64,000 bases of DNA from Epithemia pelagica (GCA_946965045.2 OX337231.1:1612001-1676000); one strand, 5' to 3'; shown: positions 24,401 to 36,807, counted from the first letter of the stretch. Program-made: numbers and translations. The notes: generated by a model from the sequence alone, not told the origin.

Positions 24401-26583
24401 TCCAAGTAAAGCATAAGCATCGCATTTGGGGAATTGGCGAATTGAGTTTCCGGTGGCTGTTGTGTGCCTCCCCCAGGAGATGATCCAACTTGATTTGCCA
24501 AGTCGTCTTCTTTGCTCCACTGTCGGACCAAAAAGGCAAGACGTCTTCCATCGGCTGTGGTCAGGATAAAGGCATGCTTCAAGGCACGAAGTAAATTGCT
24601 GTCCGTTGAAACACTAACAGTAGACCAAAGCCGGTCGGCCCGAAAGAACGGCTCATTGCACCGTTGAGCGGCAATTCCCAAAAATGCTTGACGTAGCCCT
24701 GGAGATGGAACTACTGGCCGAAGTAAGCCTTCACTGGCTATGACAACATTGGGGACATTCTTATCATCCGAGTTGTTGTCAACGGCATCCTCTCTAGTTT
24801 CGTTGTTGTCAAAACTTGTCGGCTTGACCAATTCCATTGCAGAAACACTATTACTGTCCTCCTGACCATTGCGATCCTCGGATTCTTTCCGAATCGGTTC
24901 TTCAAACCGGACGACACTTGGTCTATCAGTTGTTTGCACAAATTTATGCAAAAGAGCTGTGGCAATATCAATATAATTGATTCTATCCTTGCTGGTCAAC
25001 CCCGTTGAAAAAATGAGGTGAATCGGACGTCGGGCCTGAGCAATCTGATTGGGAACCTGCAAAATATTGCCTTTCCGTACATCCAGCTCCCCAATCCTAC
25101 AAAGACTGTCTCCAGGGCAAATCACATTGGATTTTTGTGCAGCACCTCCTTTGACCAAATAATCCACAAAAACGCCACCGTTTTTCAGGTAGGTAGGCTT
25201 CAAGTTGACGCCCAACATTCCATGTCCCAACAGCATCAAGTACTCATTCGGCTCCAAGCCTTCCATCAGGTCTTGCAAGTGCTGTTTTGCACGCGACTGC
25301 AGCATACGATGCGTTTGTGATCCACCCGGCGGGGTGTGTTGCTTGTCAGAGGAAAGGGCGCTGGTTCGGACATTCAGGTTAGGAACATTGGGTCCAGCGT
25401 CTGACTGCCAATCCGATCCAGACCGATTGTAACGACCACGGTAGGTTTGCATTGAGTCGACCACAGAGGCCGCTGCCCACTTTAGTGTACCTCGCACCGT
25501 GCCATCGTCGCTCGTATATGTGCTAGACAAATAGCTACTAACTGTATCGTCATCATAAGCGGAAACGAAGGAAGAGCTAGCATCATCTGATATTCCGGAT
25601 CGTGTGGATTGTGGAGAGAGGAGTGAACCCATACTTAGCATAGAAGCTGGAGCAGTTTCGACAGTACGGAGTGGCACTGGAGTGAAGAGAGCACTGCTAA
25701 GGGATGACTGTCCCGAAGTTGGCGGCTGAGCCGCAGTGACAGAGGAAGGAGTTGTTGCATCCGGTGGAGTCCTCAACGTCGACGAGGATTCGTCGGGTGT
25801 TTGCATAGCACCACCAGGTCCTGTATGATCAGATGGTGCGAAGCTAGTGAGTTTTCTAGAGTCATCTTGCGACATCACGCCAGAAGTTTCCGATTCCTTT
25901 GCTTCCGCGTCTTCCTTACGTTCTTCATCCGTTGTAAACGATGTCGACGCTCCTTCGCCCTTCGAAGTTGGTGTCGGCACTTCCAAAGACGCCGTTGTCA
26001 AGGGTAACGACTTTTTGATTGTATCCGAAAATACAGCGCTAGTGACACGACGCTTGCTCCAAAAGTCTTTGGCATTAGCGTTTGCTTGTTTACCCCAGGA
26101 GCTCAACTTGGCCAGCATTGGAGCAGTCTTTTCCGTCAATGTTGCTCCTTGGAGTGCGCTTTTTTCATCGTCAGTGGCTCCATCGGCTGACACGGCTGAC
26201 TCGTTTGTAGTTCCATCCTCCATCCCGTCAGCCCTCGGACTTCTGGTTGTTTCTTCCTCTTTAGTTGTCCCTTCCGCCGATGGCTTGGCCGGTGGCGTTG
26301 TAAGAACCACGCCATTGACGTCGTGGTCTCCTTCCAAGGGGGTCACAGCATCAATGCCATCGGAACCAACAATAGTCTTGACTCGATTGGTCCTCACGGG
26401 TGTTGACACTTCGGTTGGATTGGAGGGAGATGAAACCGGAGCTGTATCAATCTCGCGCATGGGAGATTGATCTGCCATGGTTATTGTTGACGATTTTGTC
26501 CGTCCTCGATTTGGGTCTCTGTTCTCTGTCGCAAGGTTGCGTTCATCCATCGTATAACCGCCAGCCCACTCACGCAATGCCAA
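21470..26583 (-). CDS. Large PDZ + RGS + DENN-domain protein: complement(join(21470..22065,22215..26583)); start codon uncertain
   Basis: PDZ-like GMLGVNLK...GGAAQKSNVICPGDSL; RGS-like YLELFQFVDLY...AQKIANKFF...FQEVVLDSL...FLSFLVSDEC; DENN core ALLEQKIVITG...LKPLKWCHLIVPRVP...LLQYPAPFILG. Intron 22066-22214 gives DP-GIFDL. Confidence 0.8.
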
Positions 26584-27849
26584 AACGTTAATCAGCCGTT
26601 GTGGGTGCTGATGAATCGATTACAAGTCGTGTCACATGTACAGAAACCTTTAAGTAAAAAGGTTTCGCCTCTTTGTAGAGTAGACCACCGACCTAGCCAG
26701 CGTGCCGAGTCTTCGTGATCGATAAGATTCATTTCTTGTCATTTTCTTCTTCTCGCCGTTTTGTTTTGGTTGTCTCGAGCGTCTCGTGTGGTTTCCTCTT
26801 CACTCGGAAATCTGGTTTCCTTCCGGTGTCGAGACTATGCCAACTGTTTACTTCACTTATGCACTGTATATATGCCATGTCTTTCAAAATGAGTCGACCA
26901 AGGGTTTGACCAGACCATGAGATGCCTTCGTCCCGTCCTTGTTATGAGATGCAAAGACACGAAATTTCAAGTTTCTCGGAAAAAAAACGAGACGATTGCG
27001 AACGGATTTACCTACCGCCGGAAACCGTGCTTTCCCATGGTTCATCACTTCCATTGAGTCATACATTTCTCAAATGAGACCTTATCACAAGACGTGAAGG
27101 GCCATCGACTTGAAGACGTGTCTAGCCTCCATTCTTAGGTTGGATTGATGAGATAGATCAATCTGAAGATAAATGCTACAGATCCGTCCTTCGATAAGGA
27201 GAAACTCGCTTTGTAGTTCACAGGAGGCTACGTTGCTGAACTCAACGACAGTGTTTGTTCTCGCGTTTCCTAGAACAATCATTCAAGCCCAATCATCTCC
27301 TCATATATGGCAGTGCAGCTCCTTGGAAAGGTCTGCCAATTCGAAGTGCCCAATGGTTACAGAATAACTTAATTTAGCACAGATCATGTGAATGGCTTTC
27401 ATCAGACAAGAAAATGAGAAGTGAAATGTGTGGCAAGCTAAACCTCCAACATTCATAAAGGATTTTGTAACCCCGTAAGATATCAATTCTACGATTTCTC
27501 GTGGAAATGACGGAGCTCAACGACACGTGGTGCAACCAAGGCAGAACCAAGCCAACGTCCGTTTTGAAAGAGAACTCGGAGAATAGTCAAAATGAATGTA
27601 CGGTTCTGGCCGCAAGTATCATGTGCAATCGAACAGATGGATCTTTCAGTGGTTAGAGACCGGATCAAGTGTAGCCTCTCCAGCGTCCCCACCAATATAC
27701 AACAACCAGTTTTCTGTCTTGTCTCAAATACAGGATCAGGATCCGTGATGCCTTGGTTTACGCAACTTCTATGGGCTGGTAGCCTTCTGTTGTCAGATTC
27801 GGTATACTGTGGAACCACTTGGGAACATAGACTCTCCGTTACTGCATCC

Positions 27850-29163
27850 TCATTCGTCTTCGTCAGGAGGACAATTCTCATCGTTTGGAGTTGTTCCTTG
27901 ACCGTCGTTTTCTATTGATTTCCCTTCCGTTGGTGGATCAGAATCCATTTTGGTCTCAGGTTCGACCATGTCAGTGTTATAAGAGACACTGTTTAGCCAT
28001 TGTCCACGACGTTGATCGTTGATATGATTGTCGTTTGTGGTCCTGGAGATTGGTGCACTCCTCCCTGCAAGTACCTGTCGATAGGCCCAGAACCAAGAGC
28101 GATCAGAATGGGTTTCCCTCCACTGTACGATGCGTGGACGCATCCAAACCAGCATATTCAGGAATCCGTTGAGCGGAAAGAAAACGGCAACCAGTATGAC
28201 ACTGAGTGTTAACCCTGGCTTTCCTGACAGCTCCTTGACATCATCGATGTCAGTTGTAACTATTTGGTTCACAATTGTCGTTATAATGACAGCAGCAAAA
28301 CCAATGAAGAAAGAGAAGAAATATAAAATCGCCTGGACGGTCACGGTCCTCAAGATTTTGCGTTGCTGTGGTGTTAATGACTCCGCAATTGACAGCGACG
28401 GAGCTATCGAGTACGAGAAGCGGGTACTCGCCCGTAATTTCTGTCGAGTGGTCCAATAAATGAGCCATGTACATACACCACCCACCAGAGGAAACAATAT
28501 GGACAACACAGTGCGTGCGGTTGCGACCACAGACCAGCCCAGTGTCCCCCCTCGCTCACACTCAACATCATCGCGAAAACCACAAGCAGCAGGATATTCT
28601 GCCGTGACATCGCAGGCACTCATTGACAAAAGGGTGTTGAAATTTTCTGTGAAGAATGCCGCCGTCCCAATACCAATGGGGATCCCCAGAGAAAGAATAT
28701 GGACATACGGTTCCATAATTTTCGTAAGTTGGGCTTCTTTCTTGTTGTAGCGTATACACATCAAATAGTAAATGCTCAAGAAACAGTTGTAGACGTAGCC
28801 TCCCAAATGAAAACCAAATAGAAATCCCACTGCCTCACAGGTTCGTACATTTCCCCTTGCCAAAAGGAGACCCGAATCTGCTCGTACCATGAACGGCTGT
28901 AAAAATATGGAAACGCAGACGACCAAGTCTAAGACACTGATGCCAAATATCAGGCGATTGCTGAGCTTGGTAAGCTTGTGGTTTCGTATCATGAGTGTGA
29001 CGATGGTTGAAGAACCAAAAAAGGAGAGAGCGGTGGAGAACATAATAATGACCAGAGCAGACACATACACTGAGTCGGGTAGAAAGGCAGTTTTTGTAGG
29101 TGAACTTATCAAACCAGGTGGGCCTGAAGGCTCACCGGCTTGCGCAACTTCGTCGTCATCCAT
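27850..29163 (-). CDS. Seven-transmembrane GPCR-like protein (cAMP-receptor/Git3-like)
   Basis: Seven hydrophobic segments; LSFFGSSTIV, NRLIFGISVLD, CEAVGF, LSIYYLMCIRY, QAILYF, FFPLNGFLNMLVWMRP. Confidence 0.75.
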   Translation of the reverse strand: MDDDEVAQAGEPSGPPGLISSPTKTAFLPDSVYVSALVIIMFSTALSFFGSSTIVTLMIRNHKLTKLSNRLIFGISVLDLVVCVSIFLQPFMVRADSGLLLARGNVRTCEAVGFLFGFHLGGYVYNCFLSIYYLMCIRYNKKEAQLTKIMEPYVHILSLGIPIGIGTAAFFTENFNTLLSMSACDVTAEYPAACGFRDDVECERGGTLGWSVVATARTVLSILFPLVGGVCTWLIYWTTRQKLRASTRFSYSIAPSLSIAESLTPQQRKILRTVTVQAILYFFSFFIGFAAVIITTIVNQIVTTDIDDVKELSGKPGLTLSVILVAVFFPLNGFLNMLVWMRPRIVQWRETHSDRSWFWAYRQVLAGRSAPISRTTNDNHINDQRRGQWLNSVSYNTDMVEPETKMDSDPPTEGKSIENDGQGTTPNDENCPPDEDE

Positions 29164-30076
29164 TTCGAATATGATCCATCGACGATTTCTCTCGAGCGGA
29201 CTTTGCCAAGAAGAACTGAAAATCCGGCTTGGATGGATTCGAACGCAGCTATGCAAAAGATAAGGGTAAAGGATTTGGTTTGCTGTTAAGGCACGCTTTC
29301 TCTAGAACAAGAAAGACGATACCATTGTTGTTTCCTGTCCCTTTTAGCCAATTTTCGTTGTGTCGATGGACGAGTTCAATGTCGACGAGGACAGTCCGAA
29401 AACAAAAACTTCTGTGTAGAAAATGGATCAGAGTCATCAGAGTCAGAATGAACAATGGACAGGTCGTACTATAACAGATTCAGTACTCTGTCAATGTCAC
29501 TGTCATTTGTCTTTGGTACAGGTAAGCAAGCCCCAAAGGCCTCTCGGGGTTTCGGTTGGGTGTTGAGAGTACGAGTACAGCACTTAAAGATTGTAGATAG
29601 TATTATAATTTTTGGGCGCGATCCGACCTGCGCATTCACGTCGCACGCTCATTTTTTGTTTTGTAACAAGATTCGATCACTCTATCCGTGTATGTTGATC
29701 CGATTGACTGAATCCATTCGGACCGTGATTCTAACTTCGTGTTGCGCCCTTGTCCCGGAATTACCACCGAACCAAGACGGCTTGTCTGCTTCTCACTGAC
29801 CAAGAAAGAATGTGTAGTCTGCTTGACAGAGAACACATCCCATATCTCCTCGAACTTCGATTTTTTCAAGGCTTGGCTCGCGAGCTTTTGAGTGAATCAG
29901 AGTGTCGCTAACCGATTCGTAGGAACAAATTTGGCTACACAGCGATGGACATGTTGCCGAATTCGTGAACCCGATACAAACTTTGGCAACCTTACCGGTC
30001 GCGGTCAAGTGGATAACGAAGGTACTCATGATTGACCAAACATCATAGGACGGAACTGTATCGAGCGAGATTGACC

Positions 30077-30862
30077 ATGTTGTTGTGGTGTCACAAGGCC
30101 GACGAGGGACTATGTTATCTCCCGTTTAAATGCGGGCAAGGGAATAAGACCGCTTACTTGTCATCGCATCTGAACTCCGCAACATCCTCATTCCCTCGCG
30201 CTGACAGTGACTTCGATCGTAGTGTCCAAATGGCAAAAATTGCAAGTTTTCGAAACATGTTGGAGGACGAGGCGGATCCAGATCTATGGGAGTTTGCCAA
30301 AGAAAGAGCGTTGAATGTCCTCTCATCGCACGACAAGAGAAATATAGATCGCGGACCACAGAGCAGCAAGCAGAGGCATCACTTTGACATGTCCATGAAG
30401 CTCAATTCCTATTTTGATCAGGAGCACGATCAAGACTCCTCAGTTACAGAAGTGTCTCAATCTTCCTTTTCTTCGGGAAGTGAGATGAGCGAAACCCTTG
30501 TCGGGGACGAAGACGAGAATGATGCCGTGGGGATCTTGAGTGTACCTTTTCCGAATGTTCCATCACGAAAAGAGACCAACTATGGTAAATACACTTACTA
30601 CTATGAGGGGAAAATAAGTCTTGAAACACAAACAGCTAAAACCGAAACAAGGCCAACAAGGTTCCAGAAGAGTGGCTTCGGAGCACGTCATCGGAACATG
30701 GGTCAGAGGACCACTTCTCGCGGTGCTCCCAGAAAATTCGACCGACAATGGGAGGTGGGTCGATCCAGTCTGCTGGATCCTCAGTTGATTGGCATAATGG
30801 CACGACGCAAACAAAGCTACAATGTTCAAATACTTTCATCCAAAAGGGAAGTGTCAACGTAA
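30077..30862 (+). CDS. Hypothetical protein
   Basis: Open frame of about 260 codons with protein-like composition in a gene-sized gap; no recognised motif. Confidence 0.45.
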   Translation: MLLWCHKADEGLCYLPFKCGQGNKTAYLSSHLNSATSSFPRADSDFDRSVQMAKIASFRNMLEDEADPDLWEFAKERALNVLSSHDKRNIDRGPQSSKQRHHFDMSMKLNSYFDQEHDQDSSVTEVSQSSFSSGSEMSETLVGDEDENDAVGILSVPFPNVPSRKETNYGKYTYYYEGKISLETQTAKTETRPTRFQKSGFGARHRNMGQRTTSRGAPRKFDRQWEVGRSSLLDPQLIGIMARRKQSYNVQILSSKREVST

Positions 30863-31209
30863 TGGTCTTAGAAGAAAGTCGACGCCCGGCTTCCTGGGAT
30901 TCCACGAGTTTCTATGTGGAGCTTGCTGTGGGATGAATTTACTAGAAATGCCTGTAACATTCATAAAAAAGTGAAGTTGGCAACCAGCTTGAAAGAATCT
31001 GATTTTATCCATCAAAATCGATGCTCTTGAATTGAATTGTCTGCTCGTTGCCATAGTAGTGCAGGAGTAGGCTGTTGTTGGAGCTAACCTACCCTCATGA
31101 AGATGTCGGGATAGATAGTTTAGCCCCGCTCATTTTCAAAATTCCCAACCCAAGAAAATCTTGTTGGCTTCGTTGAACTACTTGACCCAACATCAAGTCC
31201 CAAAAGAAC

Positions 31210-32088
31210 ATGAGACTCCTATTCATCGCATGCATGGTTGTCTGCTCAGGGTATGTTGCTGGGTTGAGCCTTTCATCTAAACCTTTCTCTCGAAAAGAAT
31301 ATTTCAAGGAGCAATGTATGAGGTTCGTTTCATCAGGGATTTCCGCCTCGTCGCTCATAGGAGGTGCATTTCTTCCCTCCGCGAACGCCCATACTGCATC
31401 GGATGATTGTGCCTGCAGTGAAACGACAGCAAGTTTCAAAACTAATGCAGTGGCAGAATACACAAATTCCATCAGTGCAAGCCGAGACACGAACGTATCT
31501 CCAAAAGAGGCCTACGATACCATTCTTCAATACCTGCCACCAAACAAGAATGGATGCTCATCAAAGGCGCTCGATGTGGGAGCCGGCGCTGGTCTTTCGA
31601 CATCATTTCTGTATGATCAACTTGGATATAAAGTGATTGACGCTGTTGACTGGAGTGCTGACGCCTGGAAAAGCAACGTGGTTGAAAGTCCGCCCTCAGT
31701 TCGATTCTACGAATTGGATGATGATAGTTTTTTCACGATGCAAAAATCAACGAGTGGAGGCTTGATAACAAAGTATCAAGTTATCTGCTACAATTTTGCG
31801 GTGAATCCTAACAAGGCAATTGGAGTGGCTCGCGAGCATCTTGCCGCAGATGGAGTTTTATTTGCTCCCATCAACGACCGACCAGAGTACTGGTATAAGC
31901 AGACCTACTACGTTTTGAATACTCGCGGAGAGGTTCTGAAAAAGTCGGATGCCGAAGTTGGAGCCTGGTCTGTTCAGTTTCAACCAGATGTCACTTCGAA
32001 CACTTGTTCAGGCATTTGGTGCGGCGATATGAATGGATTCAATCAAAAACGGGCGAAAAGACAGCAGCTGTCAATGGACACACAATGA
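31210..32088 (+). CDS. Class I SAM-dependent methyltransferase-like protein with bipartite (plastid/lumen-type) presequence
   Basis: Signal peptide, then an SRKEYF...PSANA lumen-transit-like segment; motif I KALDVGAGAGLST; DAVDWS. Confidence 0.75.
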   Translation: MRLLFIACMVVCSGYVAGLSLSSKPFSRKEYFKEQCMRFVSSGISASSLIGGAFLPSANAHTASDDCACSETTASFKTNAVAEYTNSISASRDTNVSPKEAYDTILQYLPPNKNGCSSKALDVGAGAGLSTSFLYDQLGYKVIDAVDWSADAWKSNVVESPPSVRFYELDDDSFFTMQKSTSGGLITKYQVICYNFAVNPNKAIGVAREHLAADGVLFAPINDRPEYWYKQTYYVLNTRGEVLKKSDAEVGAWSVQFQPDVTSNTCSGIWCGDMNGFNQKRAKRQQLSMDTQ

Positions 32089-32442
32089 GAAGTGAGAACG
32101 CATCTCCTTTCAGTACCTACCGAATTGTTTTATATGGTGGCCTTGCTATCGTTTTCATTGATCGTATCAGTAAAGCCGCACTTGTCTCCCCCGAGTTCAA
32201 CATGCGAGGATATCGACATTTTCAGCACATGCGGTGGCTTTGTTTTCAACCACACGTCTTGCTGCTTGCTAGAACAGTCAGCTTTAAATCGAGCATCGAG
32301 AAATCTTTCGACGACCTCGTTTAATGACATGTACATGATGGGGTTACAATTCAAAGTCATAAATCTACTAGACGTATTCGAATTTTATCGGAGTAATCTG
32401 AGACGAATTTGTGCATACTTGTACGTCTTGGTTGCTGTAAAG

Positions 32443-33507
32443 CTATAGCGGTTTACCATCGGCTCCCAACAGTCCCGAAGAAGCGGAAGAATTGTCGTTC
32501 CCGTCCAACTTTTTGCCGTCGGCTCCGAGCAAAGTAGGGCTGCCACCAATTCCTGCTGTTAAGATCTCGATCAACTGAATCTTGAAGAAAAGTGTGCTAC
32601 CCCCAGGAATACGCCCATCCGGTGTGCCTTCCTCTCCATAGGCGAGGTTTGCAGGGATTCCCAACATGGCAGTTTCTCCTTCATGCATTTTCAGGACACC
32701 TTCTCTCCATCCGGGAATCACACCAGCCAGCGGAAACGACACTGGCTCACCTTTCACTGTCGAATCGAAAACTGTGCCATCGGCCAGCGTTCCGTGGTAG
32801 TGGATTTTGACTGTTGAAGATCGAGTGGGCCTCGTCCCCTTGCCTGGCCCTTCTGGCCCCGGTTCCAATACGTGCAACACCACACCCGAATCTAAAACTT
32901 CAACGCCTGGAGTTTGCTTCATATTGTCCAACATTTCCTGACCTGCCTGTTGCAGACGGACCTTAATGGCGTTTGCGCGCACTTGGACAAGTTCATTCAA
33001 GTCTTGACCACGTTTTTTCAGGAGCTCTTGCTGGCCTTCGTCTGACAATCTTCCGACGACAGTATCAAGCAATCCTTTGGCGACTTTTGCCAGTTCGTCT
33101 CCAGTCTCCACAAGAGGTCTAACATCTCCCAGTTGTCGCGCCAAGTTGACCCCCAATGCATACATAAGTTCATCGTGCGAGCCAGGATCCATCGGGGGCT
33201 CATCAATCACACCTGCAGTTTGTCTTTCCCCAGATGCAGATTCCACCTTTTTGGGCACTGCGGAATCTGATGTTGTAGCAGAGTCATCATCAACCGTCAT
33301 TGGTAACGCCACCGGTGAGGTAGGCCGCATACTAAAAGCGATCGTGCGTGTGGCTGGCAGCGATTTCGCTACTGTGCGTGACGGGTGGGGACGAAAGGCT
33401 TGAGTTTTCACAACAAAAGCTTCGATCACAAGATGTTCAGATCGGATAAGAAACGACACAAGAAAGACGAGTAAAGTTGATAATACAGAGCCAAGCAAAC
33501 GGTTCAT
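32443..33507 (-). CDS. FKBP-type peptidyl-prolyl isomerase (FkpA/FklB-like with N-terminal dimerisation domain), predicted plastid-targeted
   Basis: LMYALGVNLA; VKIHYHGTLADGTVFDST; VIPGWREGVLKMHEGETAMLGIPANLAYG; IPGGSTLFFKIQLI. Signal peptide followed by an EAF-like cleavage site. Confidence 0.92.
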   Translation of the reverse strand: MNRLLGSVLSTLLVFLVSFLIRSEHLVIEAFVVKTQAFRPHPSRTVAKSLPATRTIAFSMRPTSPVALPMTVDDDSATTSDSAVPKKVESASGERQTAGVIDEPPMDPGSHDELMYALGVNLARQLGDVRPLVETGDELAKVAKGLLDTVVGRLSDEGQQELLKKRGQDLNELVQVRANAIKVRLQQAGQEMLDNMKQTPGVEVLDSGVVLHVLEPGPEGPGKGTRPTRSSTVKIHYHGTLADGTVFDSTVKGEPVSFPLAGVIPGWREGVLKMHEGETAMLGIPANLAYGEEGTPDGRIPGGSTLFFKIQLIEILTAGIGGSPTLLGADGKKLDGNDNSSASSGLLGADGKPL

Positions 33508-34086
33508 CCCGACTGCGACTGTTCGTTTGGTTTCTAACTCGAGACGAACCCCAACGCGAGTAGATCTTCATGTACTCGTATGTGTGTCTCTCTAGCAGCA
33601 AAAATGCCGCTGCGTTTGGATTCTGTGGCGGCGATGAAAAGAGACGTGTGGGTGTGACTGTGGAGTGTAGAGTGTGGAGGGGAATGGGGAATGGGATATG
33701 GATGGTCCCGACCAGCGCCGACACCACCTGACACCCCTGGTCGGGAAATGACATCGGTGGAAAGAGGGCTTATTAAACATCGGTCAGGGAGGCAGGTCAT
33801 TCCTTAAGTAGTGTTAAAACCTTAGGACACAAGGAGCAGAATGAGACATAAACTCATTAAATACATTGTCTATACAATAAATCCTTCACAGCAATAAATC
33901 GCGCCGGGCGTCTATTCCATCTGCCACAAATAATGCATCGTAACACAAACATCACGTGACACAAACATCAAGGATACGGAGATCATACTCCTAGCTCCTA
34001 TTTAATCATATCACGAAGACGAAGGACAATTCTGAAATAAGCCAAATTATAAAATCCAGTAGAATACAAGAAAGATACTTCTCTCG

Positions 34087-36807
34087 CTAAGCAAGATAAT
34101 TGTACCGACTTCGATCTTTGGGATCTCGTTCCATGTATTCTCGTTCGATGAGGGATTCTATGCGTTTTTTCACATCCGCAGGTTGTGCAGGAACTTTTAC
34201 TTGTTCCAGTACTTCGGGTATCAAGGCATGGTGAAGAATCGTTTTCCGCGCCTTGAGGATTCGGACGAGAACTGCGTCGATAAGGTACAGTCGATCACGT
34301 GAAACCGCTTCGACTGTCTTATCCCGTTCTTCCTTTGTCTCCTTCATCATGATGTTATTAATACGAATCCGTCGCTGATTCGATTCAAACCCTTCATTAA
34401 TACTGAATACGTCAAAGTCCTCTACGTTCATTCGAACTTTCTTTTTCTTTGCTGGGTCAGTATCAGGATCAGCCTTGTGCAAAATTCGAGTGCCTTCTTT
34501 GCCCACAGATAGAGATTGCAGAACTCGCTCCATTTCGCTTCGATCTTCCAGTCCAACAGCTTTCATAAGATCAGGAAGCTTCCATTTTGACGTTGTTTCA
34601 AATTGAATCAGAACGAGTGCCTGACAAAGACTCACAACGAGTTCATACTGACGACCAAATCCGGAGCACTTCACAAGACAGTGCCCTAATGCGTACTGCC
34701 AATTCATGCGTCGTCCCTGATACTTTGTCTTGTAGTGCGTCGTGAATTGCTCTTGTTGATGACTCAGAGCATATGGTAATTGTAAATTCGGAAATTGAGG
34801 ATAGACAGGCCAATAGCCAGTCGTCAAAACTTGCACCTCCATCTCCACAGAACTGGTGACGGCACCATGACCAGACTGGGATTGCTTGTACACCATCATT
34901 GTTTCACGGCTCCAGTCAACATCTTGGAACATTCCTTCCATCTTTGATGTGTATGCCGCACCACATTCAGCTTTCAACATACTGCAGACCTGTTTCTCAA
35001 CGTCCATGGAAACAACTCTATTCCATAGAAGGCGTTTTGCCAAGTCTTTTTTGTAGAAGGCCTCAAAGACATCCTTGGCTTGAAGCGGAACAAAAACACC
35101 CGATATAATTTTTCCCAGCCAAGTGTCTGATTCTTGTTGGTACTGATCCATCTTTTTGTTGTTCCGTAGAATTTGGTCCAGAAACTTAGCCAGGGATTCA
35201 GCGACAGACGGTTTCGTATCTTGATTTGTCACCTCTTCCCATACGTTTTTCAGATTTATGAGGTCGCTCCCGTGAGGTAGAGAACGGATAAGATTGGACA
35301 GAGCATCTTGAAGTTTCAAGAGGTCTCCAATCGTCGAAACCTGGCTCAATGCGCCTGTGGCCGGAGGTTCCTTCTTCTTTTCAACTGCGATGGTTGACTT
35401 TGAATGCGTGTTTGCAAGACCCTTGACACGTTGGAGTCCAAGTGTCCGAGCAAATTGAGCAATCGCATGGGCCACTGCCGGTTGCCCGTTTGGTAACCTT
35501 CCCGCTAGAAGCCACAACTGCGAAATCGTGCTTTGGCCCTGCTCGTTGCCTTGACTCTTGGGTGCAATCGCGATGAAGCCCCCACCAAAAAGAGCTTCTT
35601 CCAGCAACGGATTGAAGTTACTGGGCTGTAGTAAAAGTCCGGGAGGGGGGAGTTTTCTCTTAAATGCCCCACTTGCAGTCCCTTCGTCCTCTGCCTTCAG
35701 GAGATGCGGAAGCAAAAGGCACTGTTCCAATATACTCATCAGCCACCCAGACGGTAACCAGGGCCATCGGTGAATGTGTTTATGTTTGTGAAAACAAAAA
35801 GATACAAACTGAACAGGTCGGTACGGAATTTCTGCCTCCCATGACAGTGACTCTCCCCTCCAGTAATCTTCCAAATCTTGCTGAATAGGAAGAACTGCCA
35901 GCAAGCCTAAGTCTTGCCACATGTACCATACTGACTGAGGATTGTGACGACCACTCAACTTCCCCACTATGTTGTCTCCTGTGCTGCCGATTTTAGGTGG
36001 ATTCCATTCATCCAACAGTGAGTGCAACCAACTTCGATAGAGAACCTTTTCTATTCCCAGTTTCGACAGCCGTTCTGCCCACACGGAAAGGCCCATTTGC
36101 CACAAGTTTTGCTGGGCATGAGGCGAAAAGGACGATCCGTTTGCATCTGAAAATGTATCCCCACCGAATTCTGAGGGCAGAGGTTTTGAGTTGCTTGAAC
36201 TAGATAATGGACCGCTGGGACCACGGATTGTCAAAACCTGTTGTGTATCTGCCTGCCAGACATGAGTGCGATCAAGAGGCAGAAAGACATGCTTGACGCA
36301 AAGCAGGTATTCGGTGTACGACTGGTAAAGAAACGGTATGAGTTCAAGAAGTGCGTGGTCACTACTTTCATCACCACCTGAGTCTGTCGCGGCACGAGAT
36401 GCTGTGTCGTCCGGTAGTACTTTCTCACAGGCCTTCTGCATTGAGCTTCGAAGATCATGGTACAATTGAGTTCCGAATTGATGCGAAACAAGATGAACAA
36501 CTGCAGTGTAAGCATTTTGCAACGATAAATTGAGGGGTGGTGAGGTCCCCTCACCAGCGCCCTTGGGTGCATGTTCTTGGAAAGCCGACAGGGCATTGGA
36601 AGAAAGCGACGAGGATCTCATAGAACCAAAACCAGCTGACCGCTTCTGGTCCAAGACCGAGAATGTCAACGTCATCAAGTCTGCGACGGTCTTCTCATAG
36701 TAGTTCGGGGGTAAAGTTGGAGGCTTTTGGTACGGACGAATCACAACCTTCTTGTTACCACTGGCTGCGCCCCCCCTCCCTTTCAGAAGAATCTTATTGC
36801 GGGGCAT
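34087..36807 (-). CDS. CUL4: Cullin-4-like protein
   Basis: KDVFEAFYKKDLAKRLL, MLKAECGAAYTSKMEGMFQD, VLTTGYWP, IDAVLVRILKARK (neddylation motif), IESLIEREYMERD...YNYLA. Confidence 0.88.
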   Translation of the reverse strand: MPRNKILLKGRGGAASGNKKVVIRPYQKPPTLPPNYYEKTVADLMTLTFSVLDQKRSAGFGSMRSSSLSSNALSAFQEHAPKGAGEGTSPPLNLSLQNAYTAVVHLVSHQFGTQLYHDLRSSMQKACEKVLPDDTASRAATDSGGDESSDHALLELIPFLYQSYTEYLLCVKHVFLPLDRTHVWQADTQQVLTIRGPSGPLSSSSNSKPLPSEFGGDTFSDANGSSFSPHAQQNLWQMGLSVWAERLSKLGIEKVLYRSWLHSLLDEWNPPKIGSTGDNIVGKLSGRHNPQSVWYMWQDLGLLAVLPIQQDLEDYWRGESLSWEAEIPYRPVQFVSFCFHKHKHIHRWPWLPSGWLMSILEQCLLLPHLLKAEDEGTASGAFKRKLPPPGLLLQPSNFNPLLEEALFGGGFIAIAPKSQGNEQGQSTISQLWLLAGRLPNGQPAVAHAIAQFARTLGLQRVKGLANTHSKSTIAVEKKKEPPATGALSQVSTIGDLLKLQDALSNLIRSLPHGSDLINLKNVWEEVTNQDTKPSVAESLAKFLDQILRNNKKMDQYQQESDTWLGKIISGVFVPLQAKDVFEAFYKKDLAKRLLWNRVVSMDVEKQVCSMLKAECGAAYTSKMEGMFQDVDWSRETMMVYKQSQSGHGAVTSSVEMEVQVLTTGYWPVYPQFPNLQLPYALSHQQEQFTTHYKTKYQGRRMNWQYALGHCLVKCSGFGRQYELVVSLCQALVLIQFETTSKWKLPDLMKAVGLEDRSEMERVLQSLSVGKEGTRILHKADPDTDPAKKKKVRMNVEDFDVFSINEGFESNQRRIRINNIMMKETKEERDKTVEAVSRDRLYLIDAVLVRILKARKTILHHALIPEVLEQVKVPAQPADVKKRIESLIEREYMERDPKDRSRYNYLA

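Noticed and set aside
26600-27850. Short ORFs between the DENN and GPCR genes (e.g. 27489..27881)
   Set aside because: Short, no motif, no splice support; treated as intergenic.
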